Shown here one piece after another: positions 18,538 through 28,113 of a stretch of 64,000 nucleotides of DNA. Position 1 is the stretch's first letter, and every line of letters starts with the position of its first letter. The position numbers and the translations under genes were made by a program. This DNA is from Vicinamibacteria bacterium (lineage in GTDB: Bacteria > Acidobacteriota > Vicinamibacteria > Marinacidobacterales > Marinacidobacteraceae). Location of the stretch: assembly GCA_964291235.2 (NCBI GenBank), contig OZ219816.1, positions 1,888,001-1,952,000 of the forward strand, given 5' to 3'. Below the pieces are notes generated by a model. The model was not told the origin of the DNA, searched no databases, and worked only from the letters and a program-made list of their open reading frames with translations.

Positions 18538-20015
18538 ACCGCACGCTCGTTATCGGGGCCGGCGCCTTCTTCGCCGGCATGGCGCTCGTCGCTCTCGCCG
18601 GGTTCGCCCTCGGCGGCTGGGAGTGGCCTCCCCGCTACGGCGTGCCCACCGAACAACACGAAGGGCACGACATGAGCGCCCCGGCCGCACAAGCGGAACG
18701 GGAAATCCTCTACTGGCGCGCCCCCATGGACCCGAACTTCACCTCGGATCGGCCCGGCAAGTCCCCCATGGGAATGGACCTCGTCCCGGTCTACGCGGAT
18801 CCTGCCCCGCCGGCGGAACGGGAGGTCCTCTACTGGCGCGCCCCCATGGACCCGAACTTCACCTCGGATCGGCCCGGCAAGTCCCCCATGGGCATGGATC
18901 TCGTCCCGGTTTACGCGGACGAAGCAGGGAGTCAACCGGAGGGGACGGTGCGCATCGACCCGACCTTCGTGCAGCGGATCGGCGTCCGCACGGCGCCCAT
19001 CGAGCGGCGCGACATCGCCCAGACGATCCGGACCGTCGGCACCCTCGCCCATAACGACAAACAGATCGCCTGGGTGGGCACGAAGTACGACGGCTGGATC
19101 GAAAACGTCGCGGTGAACTATCTCGGCGAGACCGTCGAGCAGGGCCAGGTGCTCTTCGACATCTACAGCCCGCAAATCGTCGCCACCCAGACCGAGTACC
19201 TCCACGCGCTGCACTACGCGGAGCGGCTGGACGCCTCGCAGTACCCCGACGTCGCCGAACGGGCGCGCTCGCTCGTGGAATCGGCCCGCACCCGGCTCCG
19301 CTACTGGGACATCACCGACGATCAGATCGCCATTCTGGAGCAGGAAGAGGCCCCGCGCCGCACGCTCTCGGTGGTCTCCCCCGTGACCGGCGTCGTGGTG
19401 GAGAAGGTGGACGAGGCGCTCGAGGGCATGTACGTCGAGCCGGGGATGAACCTCTACAAGGTGGCCGACCTCACCACCATCTGGGTGGACGTCGAGATCT
19501 TCGAGCACCAGGTGCAGGCCATGCGGATCGGCCAGCGGGCCGAGGTGGAACTGCCTTACGTGCCGGGACGGCCCTACACGGGCTTCGTCCGTTTCCTGTA
19601 TCCCCATTTCAACCAGGAGACGCGGACCATGACCGTGTCCATCGAGCTCGCGAATCCCGATCTGGCGCTCCGCGCGGGCATGTACGCGAACGTCACCTTC
19701 GACGTTCCGGTGGCCCGGGATGCCCTGGCGGTTCCCGAAGAAGCGGTGATCCGGAGCGGCACCCGGGACCTGGTGGTCCTTGAACTCTCGCCGGGCCTGT
19801 TCCGGGTGGCGGACGTCACTCTGGGCGCCAGCGGCGAGGGGCTGCTGGAGATCGTCGAGGGCGTAACCGAAGGGGACCGGGTCGTGGTCTCGGCCCAATT
19901 CCTGATCGATTCCGAAAGCAACCTCACCCAGGCCATCAAGGCGCCCGTCGCCGAACCGGAGGCCGCGGAGCCCGAGGCGCCGGAACCGGCCATGACCCAC
20001 CGCCACCACGGCTAG
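18534..20015 (+). CDS. cusB: Heavy-metal efflux RND periplasmic adaptor (CusB-like) with two tandem heavy-metal-binding domains
   Basis: YWRAPMDPNFTSDRPGKSPMGMDLVP twice; GWIE, SAQFLIDSESNL; His-rich termini. Confidence 0.88.
   Translation: MNRTLVIGAGAFFAGMALVALAGFALGGWEWPPRYGVPTEQHEGHDMSAPAAQAEREILYWRAPMDPNFTSDRPGKSPMGMDLVPVYADPAPPAEREVLYWRAPMDPNFTSDRPGKSPMGMDLVPVYADEAGSQPEGTVRIDPTFVQRIGVRTAPIERRDIAQTIRTVGTLAHNDKQIAWVGTKYDGWIENVAVNYLGETVEQGQVLFDIYSPQIVATQTEYLHALHYAERLDASQYPDVAERARSLVESARTRLRYWDITDDQIAILEQEEAPRRTLSVVSPVTGVVVEKVDEALEGMYVEPGMNLYKVADLTTIWVDVEIFEHQVQAMRIGQRAEVELPYVPGRPYTGFVRFLYPHFNQETRTMTVSIELANPDLALRAGMYANVTFDVPVARDALAVPEEAVIRSGTRDLVVLELSPGLFRVADVTLGASGEGLLEIVEGVTEGDRVVVSAQFLIDSESNLTQAIKAPVAEPEAAEPEAPEPAMTHRHHG
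18693..18919 (+). repeat. In-frame tandem duplication with a 120-bp period
   Basis: 18693-18799 and 18813-18919 are nearly identical, differing mainly at third codon positions. Confidence 0.95.
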
Positions 20016-20019
20016 CCCC

Positions 20020-23000
20020 ATGCTGACGCGCCTCATCGAGTGGTCGCTCCGGAACCGCCTGTTCATCCTCGTGCTGGCGGTGTTCCTCGCCGTCGCCGGG
20101 TTCCAGGCGCTCCGCGCCACTCCACTGGATGCGCTGCCGGATCTCTCCGACGTCCAGGTGATCGTGTTCACGGACTACCCGGGACAGGCCCCGCAGGTCG
20201 TCGAAGACCAGGTCACCTACCCGATCACCACCCAGATGCTCGCGGTCCCATCGGCCACCGTGGTGCGGGGCTATTCGTTCTTCGGCTTCTCGTTCGTCTA
20301 CGTGATCTTCGAGGATGGCACCGATCTCTACTGGGCCCGGAGCCGGGTTCTCGAGTACCTCAACTACGTCAGCGGCAGGCTCCCGGAGGGAGTCAGCCCC
20401 ACCCTGGGCCCCGACGCCAGCGGCGTCGGCTGGGCCTACATGTACGCGCTCCGCTCCGCGGACCACGATCTCGCCGAACTGCGGTCGCTCCAGGACTGGT
20501 TCCTCAAGTACGAACTCACCGCGGTCCAGGGGGTCTCGGAGGTGGCGAGCGTCGGCGGGTTCGTGCGCCAGTACCAGATCACCGTGGATCCGAATCGGCT
20601 CCGCGCCTACGACATCTCCCTGTCCCGCATCCGGGACGCGGTGCAGCGCAGCAACACGGACGTGGGGGGACGGGTCTTCGAGACCGCCGAGACGGAGTTC
20701 ATGGTTCGCGGGCAGGGCTATATCCAGGGGCTCGACGACGTGCGCCGCATTGCGCTCGGGGTGGACGCTTCCGGCACTCCGGTCACCGTCGAGGATGTCG
20801 CAACCGTCCAGTTCGGACCGGAAATCCGCCGGGGGCTGGCCGAACTGAACGGCGAGGGAGAGGTGGTCGGCGGCATCGTCGTGGTGCGGTCGGGCGCGAA
20901 CGTCCACGACGTCGTCGGACGGGTCAAGGCGCGGCTCGAAGAGCTCCAGGCGGGCCTTCCCGAAGGCGTGGAGGTGGTGCCGGTCTACGACCGGACGGAA
21001 CTGATCGAGAACTCCGTCGCCACCCTCCGCGAGAAGCTGATCGAGGAGATGGCGATCGTGGCGCTGGTCTGCGTCGTCTTCCTGATGCACCTGCGCTCCG
21101 CGCTGGTCGCGGTGATCACCCTGCCACTCGCGGTGCTGATGGCGTTCATCGTGATGTACGTGCAGGGGGTCGGGGCCAACATCATGTCGCTCGGCGGCAT
21201 CGCGATCGCCGTCGGGGCCATGGTGGACGCGGCGATCGTGATCGTGGAGAACGCCCACCGGCACCTGGAGCGGGACCGGGGCAAGGTACCCCACTGGAAG
21301 ATCATCGCGCGCGCCTCCACCGAGGTCGGGCCCACCCTCTTCTTCGCGCTGCTGGTGATCACAATCTCCTTCGCGCCCATCTTCGCGCTGGAGGCACAGG
21401 AAGGCCGGCTCTTCCGCCCGCTCGCGTTCACGAAGACCTACGCGATGGCCGCTGCGGCGCTGCTCTCCGTGACCCTCGTGCCGGTTCTCGCCGGCTTCTG
21501 GATCCGCGGGCGTATCCGGCCGGCGCGCCGCAATCCGGTCACCTGGCTGCTCATGGCGCTCTACCGCCCCATCCTGCGTCGGGTGCTGGCCTGGCGGTGG
21601 GCGGTCCTCGCGCTCACCCTGGCGGGAGCGGCCGCCACCGCGGTGCCGGTCTCGCGTCTCGGATCCGAGTTCATGCCGCCGCTCTGGGAAGGGGACCTGC
21701 TTTACATGCCGACCACCCTGCCCGGGGTCTCGATTACCAAGGCTCGCGAGGTGCTGCAGCAAACCGACCGGATCCTCCGGGACTTCCCCGAAGTGGACCA
21801 GGTATTTGGCAAGGTCGGACGCGCCGACACGGCCACCGACCCGGCGCCGCTGAGCATGATCGAGACGACGATCCTGCTGAAACCGGAGAGCGAGTGGCGG
21901 CCGGGCATGACCCCGGACCGGCTCATCGAGGAGATGGACGACGCCATCCGCTTCCCCGGACTGACCAACGCCTGGACGATGCCCATCAAGACCCGGATCG
22001 ACATGCTGTCCACCGGCATCAAGACCCCGGTGGGAGTCAAGCTGTCCGGTCCCGACCTGAGCGTGCTCGAGGATCTGGGCAGCCAGGTCGAAGCGGTCGT
22101 GCGCGACGTTCCGGGCACCCGTTCCGCCTATTCGGAACGGGCCATGGGCGGCAACTACCTGAACTTCACGATCCGCCGGGACGCCATCGCCCGCTACGGC
22201 CTGACGGTGGCCGACGTGCAGGAGGTCATCCAGTCGGCGATCGGCGGAATGAACATCACGACGACCGTGGAGGGGCTGGAGCGGTACCCGGTCAACCTCC
22301 GCTACAGCCGCGATCTGCGCGACAACCCGGCCGATTTCGGGGACATCCTCGTCCAGACGCCGACCCGGCAGCAGATCCCGCTCGCTTTCCTCGCGGACAT
22401 GTCCTTCGTCAAGGGACCGCCGGTCGTCAAGAGCGAGCAGTCCCGCCCGAACGCGTGGATCTACGTGGACATCGAGGACGTGGACATCGGAACCTACGTC
22501 GAGAACGCCCAGGCGGCGGTCGCCGCGGAGGTCGAGATCCCGACGGGCTACAGCCTCGGCTGGAGCGGGCAGTACGAGTTCCTGCTCCGCGCCCGCGAGC
22601 GCATGGAAATCATGATTCCGCTCACCCTGTTGCTCATTCTGCTCACGATCCAGATGAGCACCCGCTCGCTGTCGCGGACGCTGATCGTGGTGACGGCGGT
22701 GCCCCTCTCCCTCGTGGGCACCTTCTGGCTCCTCTTCGCGCTCGACTACAACCTGAGCATCGCGGTCGGTGTCGGGATCATCGCCCTCGCCGGGCTGAGC
22801 GCCGAGACGGGCGTCGTGATGCTTCTCTATCTCGACCGCTCCTGCGAAGCGGCCCGGGAGACGGGACGCCTCACGAACCGCGCCGAGCTGAGCGAGGCGG
22901 TGTTTGACGGCGCGCTCCGGCGTGTTCGTCCCGTCGCCATGCTGACCGCCACCACCGCGCTCGGCCTGCTGCCCATCATGTGGAGCACCGGCGCCGGGTC

Positions 23001-23142
23001 GGACGTCATGAAGCGGATCGCCGCCCCCATGGTGGGCGGAGTGGTGACCGCCGCATTGGTAGTGCTGGTGGTGTTTCCCGCGATCTACTTCATCTGGCGA
23101 GCGCGCGGGCTGCCGCGGACGACCGATGTCGCCCGGGACTAG
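20020..23142 (+). CDS. cusA: CusA/SilA-family Cu(I)/Ag(I) efflux RND permease
   Basis: LDALPDLSDVQVI, GPDASGVGW, GSEFMPPL.EGDLLYMP, DPAPLSMIET, RIDMLSTG, MKRIAAPMVGG. Confidence 0.93.
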   Translation: MLTRLIEWSLRNRLFILVLAVFLAVAGFQALRATPLDALPDLSDVQVIVFTDYPGQAPQVVEDQVTYPITTQMLAVPSATVVRGYSFFGFSFVYVIFEDGTDLYWARSRVLEYLNYVSGRLPEGVSPTLGPDASGVGWAYMYALRSADHDLAELRSLQDWFLKYELTAVQGVSEVASVGGFVRQYQITVDPNRLRAYDISLSRIRDAVQRSNTDVGGRVFETAETEFMVRGQGYIQGLDDVRRIALGVDASGTPVTVEDVATVQFGPEIRRGLAELNGEGEVVGGIVVVRSGANVHDVVGRVKARLEELQAGLPEGVEVVPVYDRTELIENSVATLREKLIEEMAIVALVCVVFLMHLRSALVAVITLPLAVLMAFIVMYVQGVGANIMSLGGIAIAVGAMVDAAIVIVENAHRHLERDRGKVPHWKIIARASTEVGPTLFFALLVITISFAPIFALEAQEGRLFRPLAFTKTYAMAAAALLSVTLVPVLAGFWIRGRIRPARRNPVTWLLMALYRPILRRVLAWRWAVLALTLAGAAATAVPVSRLGSEFMPPLWEGDLLYMPTTLPGVSITKAREVLQQTDRILRDFPEVDQVFGKVGRADTATDPAPLSMIETTILLKPESEWRPGMTPDRLIEEMDDAIRFPGLTNAWTMPIKTRIDMLSTGIKTPVGVKLSGPDLSVLEDLGSQVEAVVRDVPGTRSAYSERAMGGNYLNFTIRRDAIARYGLTVADVQEVIQSAIGGMNITTTVEGLERYPVNLRYSRDLRDNPADFGDILVQTPTRQQIPLAFLADMSFVKGPPVVKSEQSRPNAWIYVDIEDVDIGTYVENAQAAVAAEVEIPTGYSLGWSGQYEFLLRARERMEIMIPLTLLLILLTIQMSTRSLSRTLIVVTAVPLSLVGTFWLLFALDYNLSIAVGVGIIALAGLSAETGVVMLLYLDRSCEAARETGRLTNRAELSEAVFDGALRRVRPVAMLTATTALGLLPIMWSTGAGSDVMKRIAAPMVGGVVTAALVVLVVFPAIYFIWRARGLPRTTDVARD

Positions 23143-23275
23143 GGCCGGACGATCGCGGAAGAGCGCTCGTAGCGAGCCATGAGTGTCTTCGCGGACACCT
23201 CCAGGTTCCGCGCTACACCTTCCGGATCGCCGGCCACCCGGATCTGATCGCCCAGTTCATCGAACTGCAGCGCCA

Positions 23276-24136
23276 TCACCGGCGCGGCGAAGGCGGATCG
23301 ACCGGCCCGCCCGCTGACGATGCGGGGAGGGCCAGCATCCCGGTCCCCGCCAGCACCGCCAGGTCGACAAACAGCAGCGGCGCGAACGGCGGAGCGCCGT
23401 GGACGAACGCCTCGAAGGGCCGTCCGCCGATGGCGCTGATCCCGGCGTCGAGGTGCAGCCAGAAGCCGAGCAGGCCGACTCCGACCTGAACCAGCAGCGT
23501 GAGACACGCGAGGCGGACGAGCCCCGGCGCGGGGGTGCGCCGCAATCCCACGAGGACGAGGTTCGACACCGCGAGCGCCGCCGCGACCACCGGAATCCAC
23601 TCGGTCCAGAAGGAAAATCCGTTCTGTTCGTGGTCCAGCAACGAGAGCACGAAGTTGCCCGCGAACCCGCCGGCCGCGAACATCGTCACCCAGCGGCCCC
23701 AGCCGAAATCGTCTGCGGCGGGACGGAACAGGCTTCTCCGGTTGGCGAGCAACAGGAACCCGATCCCGGCGTAGGCCAGCGGCGCCACGAACGGCGCCGC
23801 ATAGACAAGCCCGTCGAGGGCGAAACGGCGAAAGAAGGCGCTCTGGAGGTGCAGGATCGTCCCCCAGATCCCCACCCCCACCGAGAGCGCGCCGATCACA
23901 CCCCCGGCCCACCGCGCTGCCGGCGCATCGGGCCCCCGTCCGGACGCGAGCAGCCCGAAGAGCACAAGTCCGCCGGCCAGCGAGAACCACAGCGGCAGCC
24001 ACTCGACCGGCTCGCGGAACGAATTGACCGAGTGTGCGAAGAAGATGTCCACGGCCAGAAACAGCAGGTTCCCGGCGAGAAAGACCTCGAGCAAGAGGCG
24101 CCGGCGGCGCCGCAGAAACGCGAGGCGGCGGCTCAC
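23276..24136 (-). CDS. Uncharacterised membrane protein (about 8 TM) with an internal two-fold repeat; probable partner of the multiheme cytochrome
   Basis: Repeated H..N.F...EW.P and G..G..LHL...APxxAPL blocks; 49 nt downstream of the octaheme gene. Confidence 0.7.
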   Translation of the reverse strand: MSRRLAFLRRRRRLLLEVFLAGNLLFLAVDIFFAHSVNSFREPVEWLPLWFSLAGGLVLFGLLASGRGPDAPAARWAGGVIGALSVGVGIWGTILHLQSAFFRRFALDGLVYAAPFVAPLAYAGIGFLLLANRRSLFRPAADDFGWGRWVTMFAAGGFAGNFVLSLLDHEQNGFSFWTEWIPVVAAALAVSNLVLVGLRRTPAPGLVRLACLTLLVQVGVGLLGFWLHLDAGISAIGGRPFEAFVHGAPPFAPLLFVDLAVLAGTGMLALPASSAGGPVDPPSPRR

Positions 24137-24185
24137 GGGGCGCTGATTCGGCCGCTCGGGGTTCCGGCTGCCCGACCGGCCCCGG

Positions 24186-25448
24186 TCATTCCCGCTCGAG
24201 CCCGGCGATCCGTTCCTCGATCTCGCTGAGCCGGTTCAGCAGATCGTAGGTGCCGTGCCACTGCACGAAGTCGGCGCCATCCATGAAGGCGCCGTGTTTC
24301 ACCGTCCGCCCCGCGTAGTGCCACGCGTCGAAGAACAGGAAGTCGAGCGGCTCGTCAAACGGGGCATCGGTCAGCAGCCCGGCTTCCTGGACCTCGGCCA
24401 TCCGCTCCATGAGCGCCGACACCCGGACATTCGTGATGTCCACGACCCTCTCCGCCTCCGCGTAGAACTGTTGAATCTGCTTCTCCGCGTGGCACTTGAG
24501 GCAGATGCCCTGCATCTCGGCCTGCGCCTGGTCGTAGTGCGGACGTTTCTCGGAAACCGGCGCGAAGAGCCACCACGAGAGACGCTCGGTGGTGTCGTGG
24601 GTCACCTTGGCGCCCTCGAGCCCGCTCAGGTGGCAGGTGGCGCAGGTCGGGACCGGCATGTCGAACGCGGTGAGCAGCTTCGGCTCCGCATCCAGGTTCA
24701 TCAGGTGGCGCTGCGCCTCGAAGAGGATGCCGTGCTTCGACTCGCTGTAGATCTCCTTCTGGGCGTGGTCGGGCCCCATGTGGCACTGCCCGCAGGTCGC
24801 CGGCGACCGGGCCAGCGAGATGGCGGTGGAGTGCCGGCTGTGGCAGGCCGTGCATGTCCCGATGGAGCCGTCGGCGTTGGGCTGGCCGATGTCGTGGCAG
24901 CCAAGACAACCCGAAACGGCCGTCGCTTCGCCTTCCAGCCGGGCCAGCGCGTTCGGGGGGCGCCGTACCGCCCCCGGATGAAGTTCCTCCGCCCGCGCGA
25001 TCCGCTCGGTGGGGAACGTCGCGGGGTATCCCTCGGTACCCATGACCGCCGCGTAGGCGGGGAGCGCGTGCCGGCTGCGTTCGAACTGGCGCACCTCGTC
25101 GGCGTGGCAGTCCTGGCAGGCGAGGGCGGTGGCCGCGGTGGTCATTTCGAACCCGTGGTGCTCGAGGGCCGTCTGTCCCGGGCGCACCTGGTGGCAGTCG
25201 AGGCAGGTGACTCCGGCCCCGGCATGGGCGCTCATTTCAAACTGCGCCACCACCGCGCCGGTCTCGTTCCGGTGGCAGTTCGCGCACTCGCCGCTCGCCC
25301 GGATCTGTTCCGCCGACCGGCCGGCCACCCGGGGGCGGGCCTGGTGAAGCAGCACGGCGCCCGCCACCAGGACTCCGGCCACGCCGACGACCGCGACCAC
25401 GTCACGGAAGCGGATCCCGGCGAACGTCGGTGAACCTTGACCGGCCAT
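24186..25448 (-). CDS. Octaheme cytochrome c of the hydroxylamine oxidoreductase (HAO)-like family
   Basis: Eight CxxCH (CANCH, CLDCH, CQDCH, CLGCH, CTACH, CGQCH, CATCH, CLKCH); CHMGPDH, ESKHG, HGAFM.GADFVQWHG; N-terminal TM anchor. Confidence 0.88.
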   Translation of the reverse strand: MAGQGSPTFAGIRFRDVVAVVGVAGVLVAGAVLLHQARPRVAGRSAEQIRASGECANCHRNETGAVVAQFEMSAHAGAGVTCLDCHQVRPGQTALEHHGFEMTTAATALACQDCHADEVRQFERSRHALPAYAAVMGTEGYPATFPTERIARAEELHPGAVRRPPNALARLEGEATAVSGCLGCHDIGQPNADGSIGTCTACHSRHSTAISLARSPATCGQCHMGPDHAQKEIYSESKHGILFEAQRHLMNLDAEPKLLTAFDMPVPTCATCHLSGLEGAKVTHDTTERLSWWLFAPVSEKRPHYDQAQAEMQGICLKCHAEKQIQQFYAEAERVVDITNVRVSALMERMAEVQEAGLLTDAPFDEPLDFLFFDAWHYAGRTVKHGAFMDGADFVQWHGTYDLLNRLSEIEERIAGLERE

Positions 25449-25582
25449 GCCGCCATGCTAGCCCGGACCCGGGACCCCGAGCGGGTGCCGGGGGCAATCC
25501 CGGTTCCGGCCGCGAGCGCGGCCGGCGCTCCCCGTTCCCGGCGGCCTGTCGCCCGGCGCGCCGGCCGGTTCCGGCCGCGCCG

Positions 25583-27859
25583 TCAGGACTGGGCGAACAG
25601 ATCCGGCGGCCCCGCCGTCTCCTGCGACTCGACCACTGCGATGGCGACCACGTTGACGATCTCTTCCACTTCGGCGCCGCGCTGCAGGACGTGCACCGGA
25701 CGGCGGAGACCGGTCACGATGGGGCCGATCGCCTCCGCGCCCCCGAGGCGCTGGAGCAGCTTGTAGGCCACGTTCCCGGCTTCCAGGCTGGGGAAGATCA
25801 ACACGTTGGCGGCCCGATCGAGGCGCGAGAACGGATAGGTACCGCGGAGCAGGTCGTCCACCACCGCGGTGTCGGCCTGCATCTCCCCGTCGGCAACCAG
25901 ATCCGGCGCCCGCTCGCGCAGGATCTCGACCGCCTCGCGCACCTTGTTCGAACGCTCGTGGGGAGCGCTTCCAAAGTTGGAGAAGGAGAGCATCGCCACC
26001 CGTGGCTCCACGTCGAAGCGCTTTGCCACTTCGGCAGTCTGGATCGCGATGTCGGCGAGATCCTCGGCGCTGGGATCGATGTTCACCGTCGCGTCCGCGA
26101 AGAACTTGATCTCGTTGGGGAAGACCATCAGGTACACCCCGGCGACCCGCCGGACGTCGTCGCGCATCCGGACGATCTGGAGCGCCGGACGGATGGTCTC
26201 GGGATAGTGCTGGGTGACGCCCGCCACCATCGTGTCGGCGTGCCCGAGGTTCACCATCATGGCTCCGTACACGGTCGGGTTCTTGATGAGCTCGCGCGCC
26301 TTGGCGGGCCCGACCCCGCGCCGCTGACGGATCTCCACCAGGCGCCGGGCATATTCCTCGCAACGCTCGGGGTCGGTGACATCCACCACCCGGGCGCCTT
26401 CGACATCGATGCCGAGGGTCTCGCAGGCATCCCGGATGACCTGCGGGCGTCCGAGCAGGATGGGCTCGGCGATTCCCTCATCGAGCAGCCGCTGGGCAGC
26501 CCGCAGAATCTTCGGCTCCTCGCCTTCGGGGAACGCGACGGACCGGGTGACCCGCTTGGCGCGGCCGATCACCTGGCGCATGACTTCGCGCTCGAGACCG
26601 AGGCGGGATTCGAGCCGGGCGCCGTACTGCTCCAGGTCGATCTGGATGCGGGCGACGCCGCTTTTCATCGCGGCCTCGGCGACCGCGGGGGCCTCCCAGA
26701 GAAGCACCCGGGAGTCGAACGGCGAGGGAATGAGGTACTCCGGGCCGAAGGACATCCGCTCCTTGCCGTGCGCGCGCATCACGGAATCGGGAACGTCCTC
26801 CTTGGTGAGTTCCGCCAGGGCCCTTGCGGCCGCCAGCTTCATCTCCATGTTGATGGTGCGGGCCCGCACGTCGAGTGCGCCCCGGAAGATGAATGGGAAC
26901 CCGAGGACATTGTTGACCTGGTTCGGATAATCCGAGCGCCCGGTGGCCATGAAGACGTCGCTGCGAGCGTCCATGGCGTCTTCCCAGGTGATTTCCGGGT
27001 CCGGATTGGCCATCGCCAGCACGAGCGGCTGGTCGTGCATGGAGACGAGCATTTCCTTCGAGACCGCGTCCTTGACCGAAAGGCCCATGAACACGTCGGC
27101 GCCGCGCATGGCATCGGCGAGGGATCGCATGGAGGTGTCGAGGGCGTAGCGCTCCTTGAACTCGTTCATCCCCGCCTCACGGCCCGCGTGGATGACTCCG
27201 CGAGAGTCGCACATCACCACGTTCTCGTGGAGCACACCCAGGCTCTCCGCGAGTTCGGCGCAGGCAATCCCCGCCGCCCCGGCGCCGTTGATGACCAGTC
27301 GCACCTCGGCGGGGTCCTTGCCGGTGAGTTCGAGCCAGCTCAGGAAGGCGGCCCCGGAGATGATCGCGGTGCCATGCTGGTCGTCGTGGAAGACGGGAAT
27401 GTCCATCTGCTCCCGGAGCTGGGACTCGATGTAGAAGCAGTCCGGCGCCTTGATGTCCTCGAGGTTGATTCCGCCGAAGGTCGGTTCGAGGGCCTTCACC
27501 ACCCGGACCACTTCCTCCGGGTCGGTGACGTTCAGCTCGATGTCGAAGACGTCGATGTCGGCGAAGCGCTTGAAGAGCACGCCCTTGCCTTCCATGACCG
27601 GCTTGGCGGCCAGCGGCCCGATGTTGCCGAGGCCGAGCACGGCGGTCCCGTTCGAGACCACGGCGACCAGGTTGCCGCGCGCGGTGTAGTCGAACACCCG
27701 CTCGGGAGCCTTGTGGATTTCGCGGCAGGGCTCGGCGACGCCCGGGCTGTAGGCAAGCGACAGATCCCGCTGGGTCTGGGTGGGTTTCGTGGGCCGAACC
27801 TCGATCTTTCCGGCCCGGCCGGTCATGTGGTAGTCGAGGGCATCCTGTCTGCGAATCAA
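25583..27859 (-). CDS. maeB: NADP-dependent malic enzyme with phosphotransacetylase-like domain
   Basis: [39 protein letters not shown]; C-terminal FPEGE and DGEMQAD; AGGAG RBS before TTG at 27859. Confidence 0.95.
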   Translation of the reverse strand: MIRRQDALDYHMTGRAGKIEVRPTKPTQTQRDLSLAYSPGVAEPCREIHKAPERVFDYTARGNLVAVVSNGTAVLGLGNIGPLAAKPVMEGKGVLFKRFADIDVFDIELNVTDPEEVVRVVKALEPTFGGINLEDIKAPDCFYIESQLREQMDIPVFHDDQHGTAIISGAAFLSWLELTGKDPAEVRLVINGAGAAGIACAELAESLGVLHENVVMCDSRGVIHAGREAGMNEFKERYALDTSMRSLADAMRGADVFMGLSVKDAVSKEMLVSMHDQPLVLAMANPDPEITWEDAMDARSDVFMATGRSDYPNQVNNVLGFPFIFRGALDVRARTINMEMKLAAARALAELTKEDVPDSVMRAHGKERMSFGPEYLIPSPFDSRVLLWEAPAVAEAAMKSGVARIQIDLEQYGARLESRLGLEREVMRQVIGRAKRVTRSVAFPEGEEPKILRAAQRLLDEGIAEPILLGRPQVIRDACETLGIDVEGARVVDVTDPERCEEYARRLVEIRQRRGVGPAKARELIKNPTVYGAMMVNLGHADTMVAGVTQHYPETIRPALQIVRMRDDVRRVAGVYLMVFPNEIKFFADATVNIDPSAEDLADIAIQTAEVAKRFDVEPRVAMLSFSNFGSAPHERSNKVREAVEILRERAPDLVADGEMQADTAVVDDLLRGTYPFSRLDRAANVLIFPSLEAGNVAYKLLQRLGGAEAIGPIVTGLRRPVHVLQRGAEVEEIVNVVAIAVVESQETAGPPDLFAQS

Positions 27860-28066
27860 GGGACTCTCCTCACAAGGGTGAGATGCGCGGGCTCGGCCGC
27901 TGGAGTGCTGGCGGAGCGTGGCCGCGGGTGACTCAGGGTCCCGCCCATTCGGGACCGGAAGGCGCGAAGTGTAACGGTCCGGCACCCGTTTGAAGGACCG
28001 GCGTCGGGGCCTCCGGAGATTCCCGGATCCGGAAGGCCCTTGCCGCGGGGCCTACGGGCCAGCCCC

Positions 28067-28095
28067 GGGAGCGCCGGCCTCCAGGCCGGCATCGC
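28067..28095 (+). repeat. REP-like palindrome
   Basis: GGGAGC-GCCGGCC-TCCA-GGCCGGC-ATCGC. Confidence 0.55.
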
Positions 28096-28113
28096 TCCCC
28101 AATTCGACGACGG

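Noticed and set aside
18693-18919. CRISPR-like direct repeats
   Set aside because: Two long in-frame coding repeats, with no spacers and no cas genes.
20040-22907. Long Arg/Gly/Pro-rich overlapping ORFs (also 25430-27931, 49953-52793, 49147-51408 and others)
   Set aside because: Shadow frames of well-supported genes in high-GC DNA, with no recognisable motifs.
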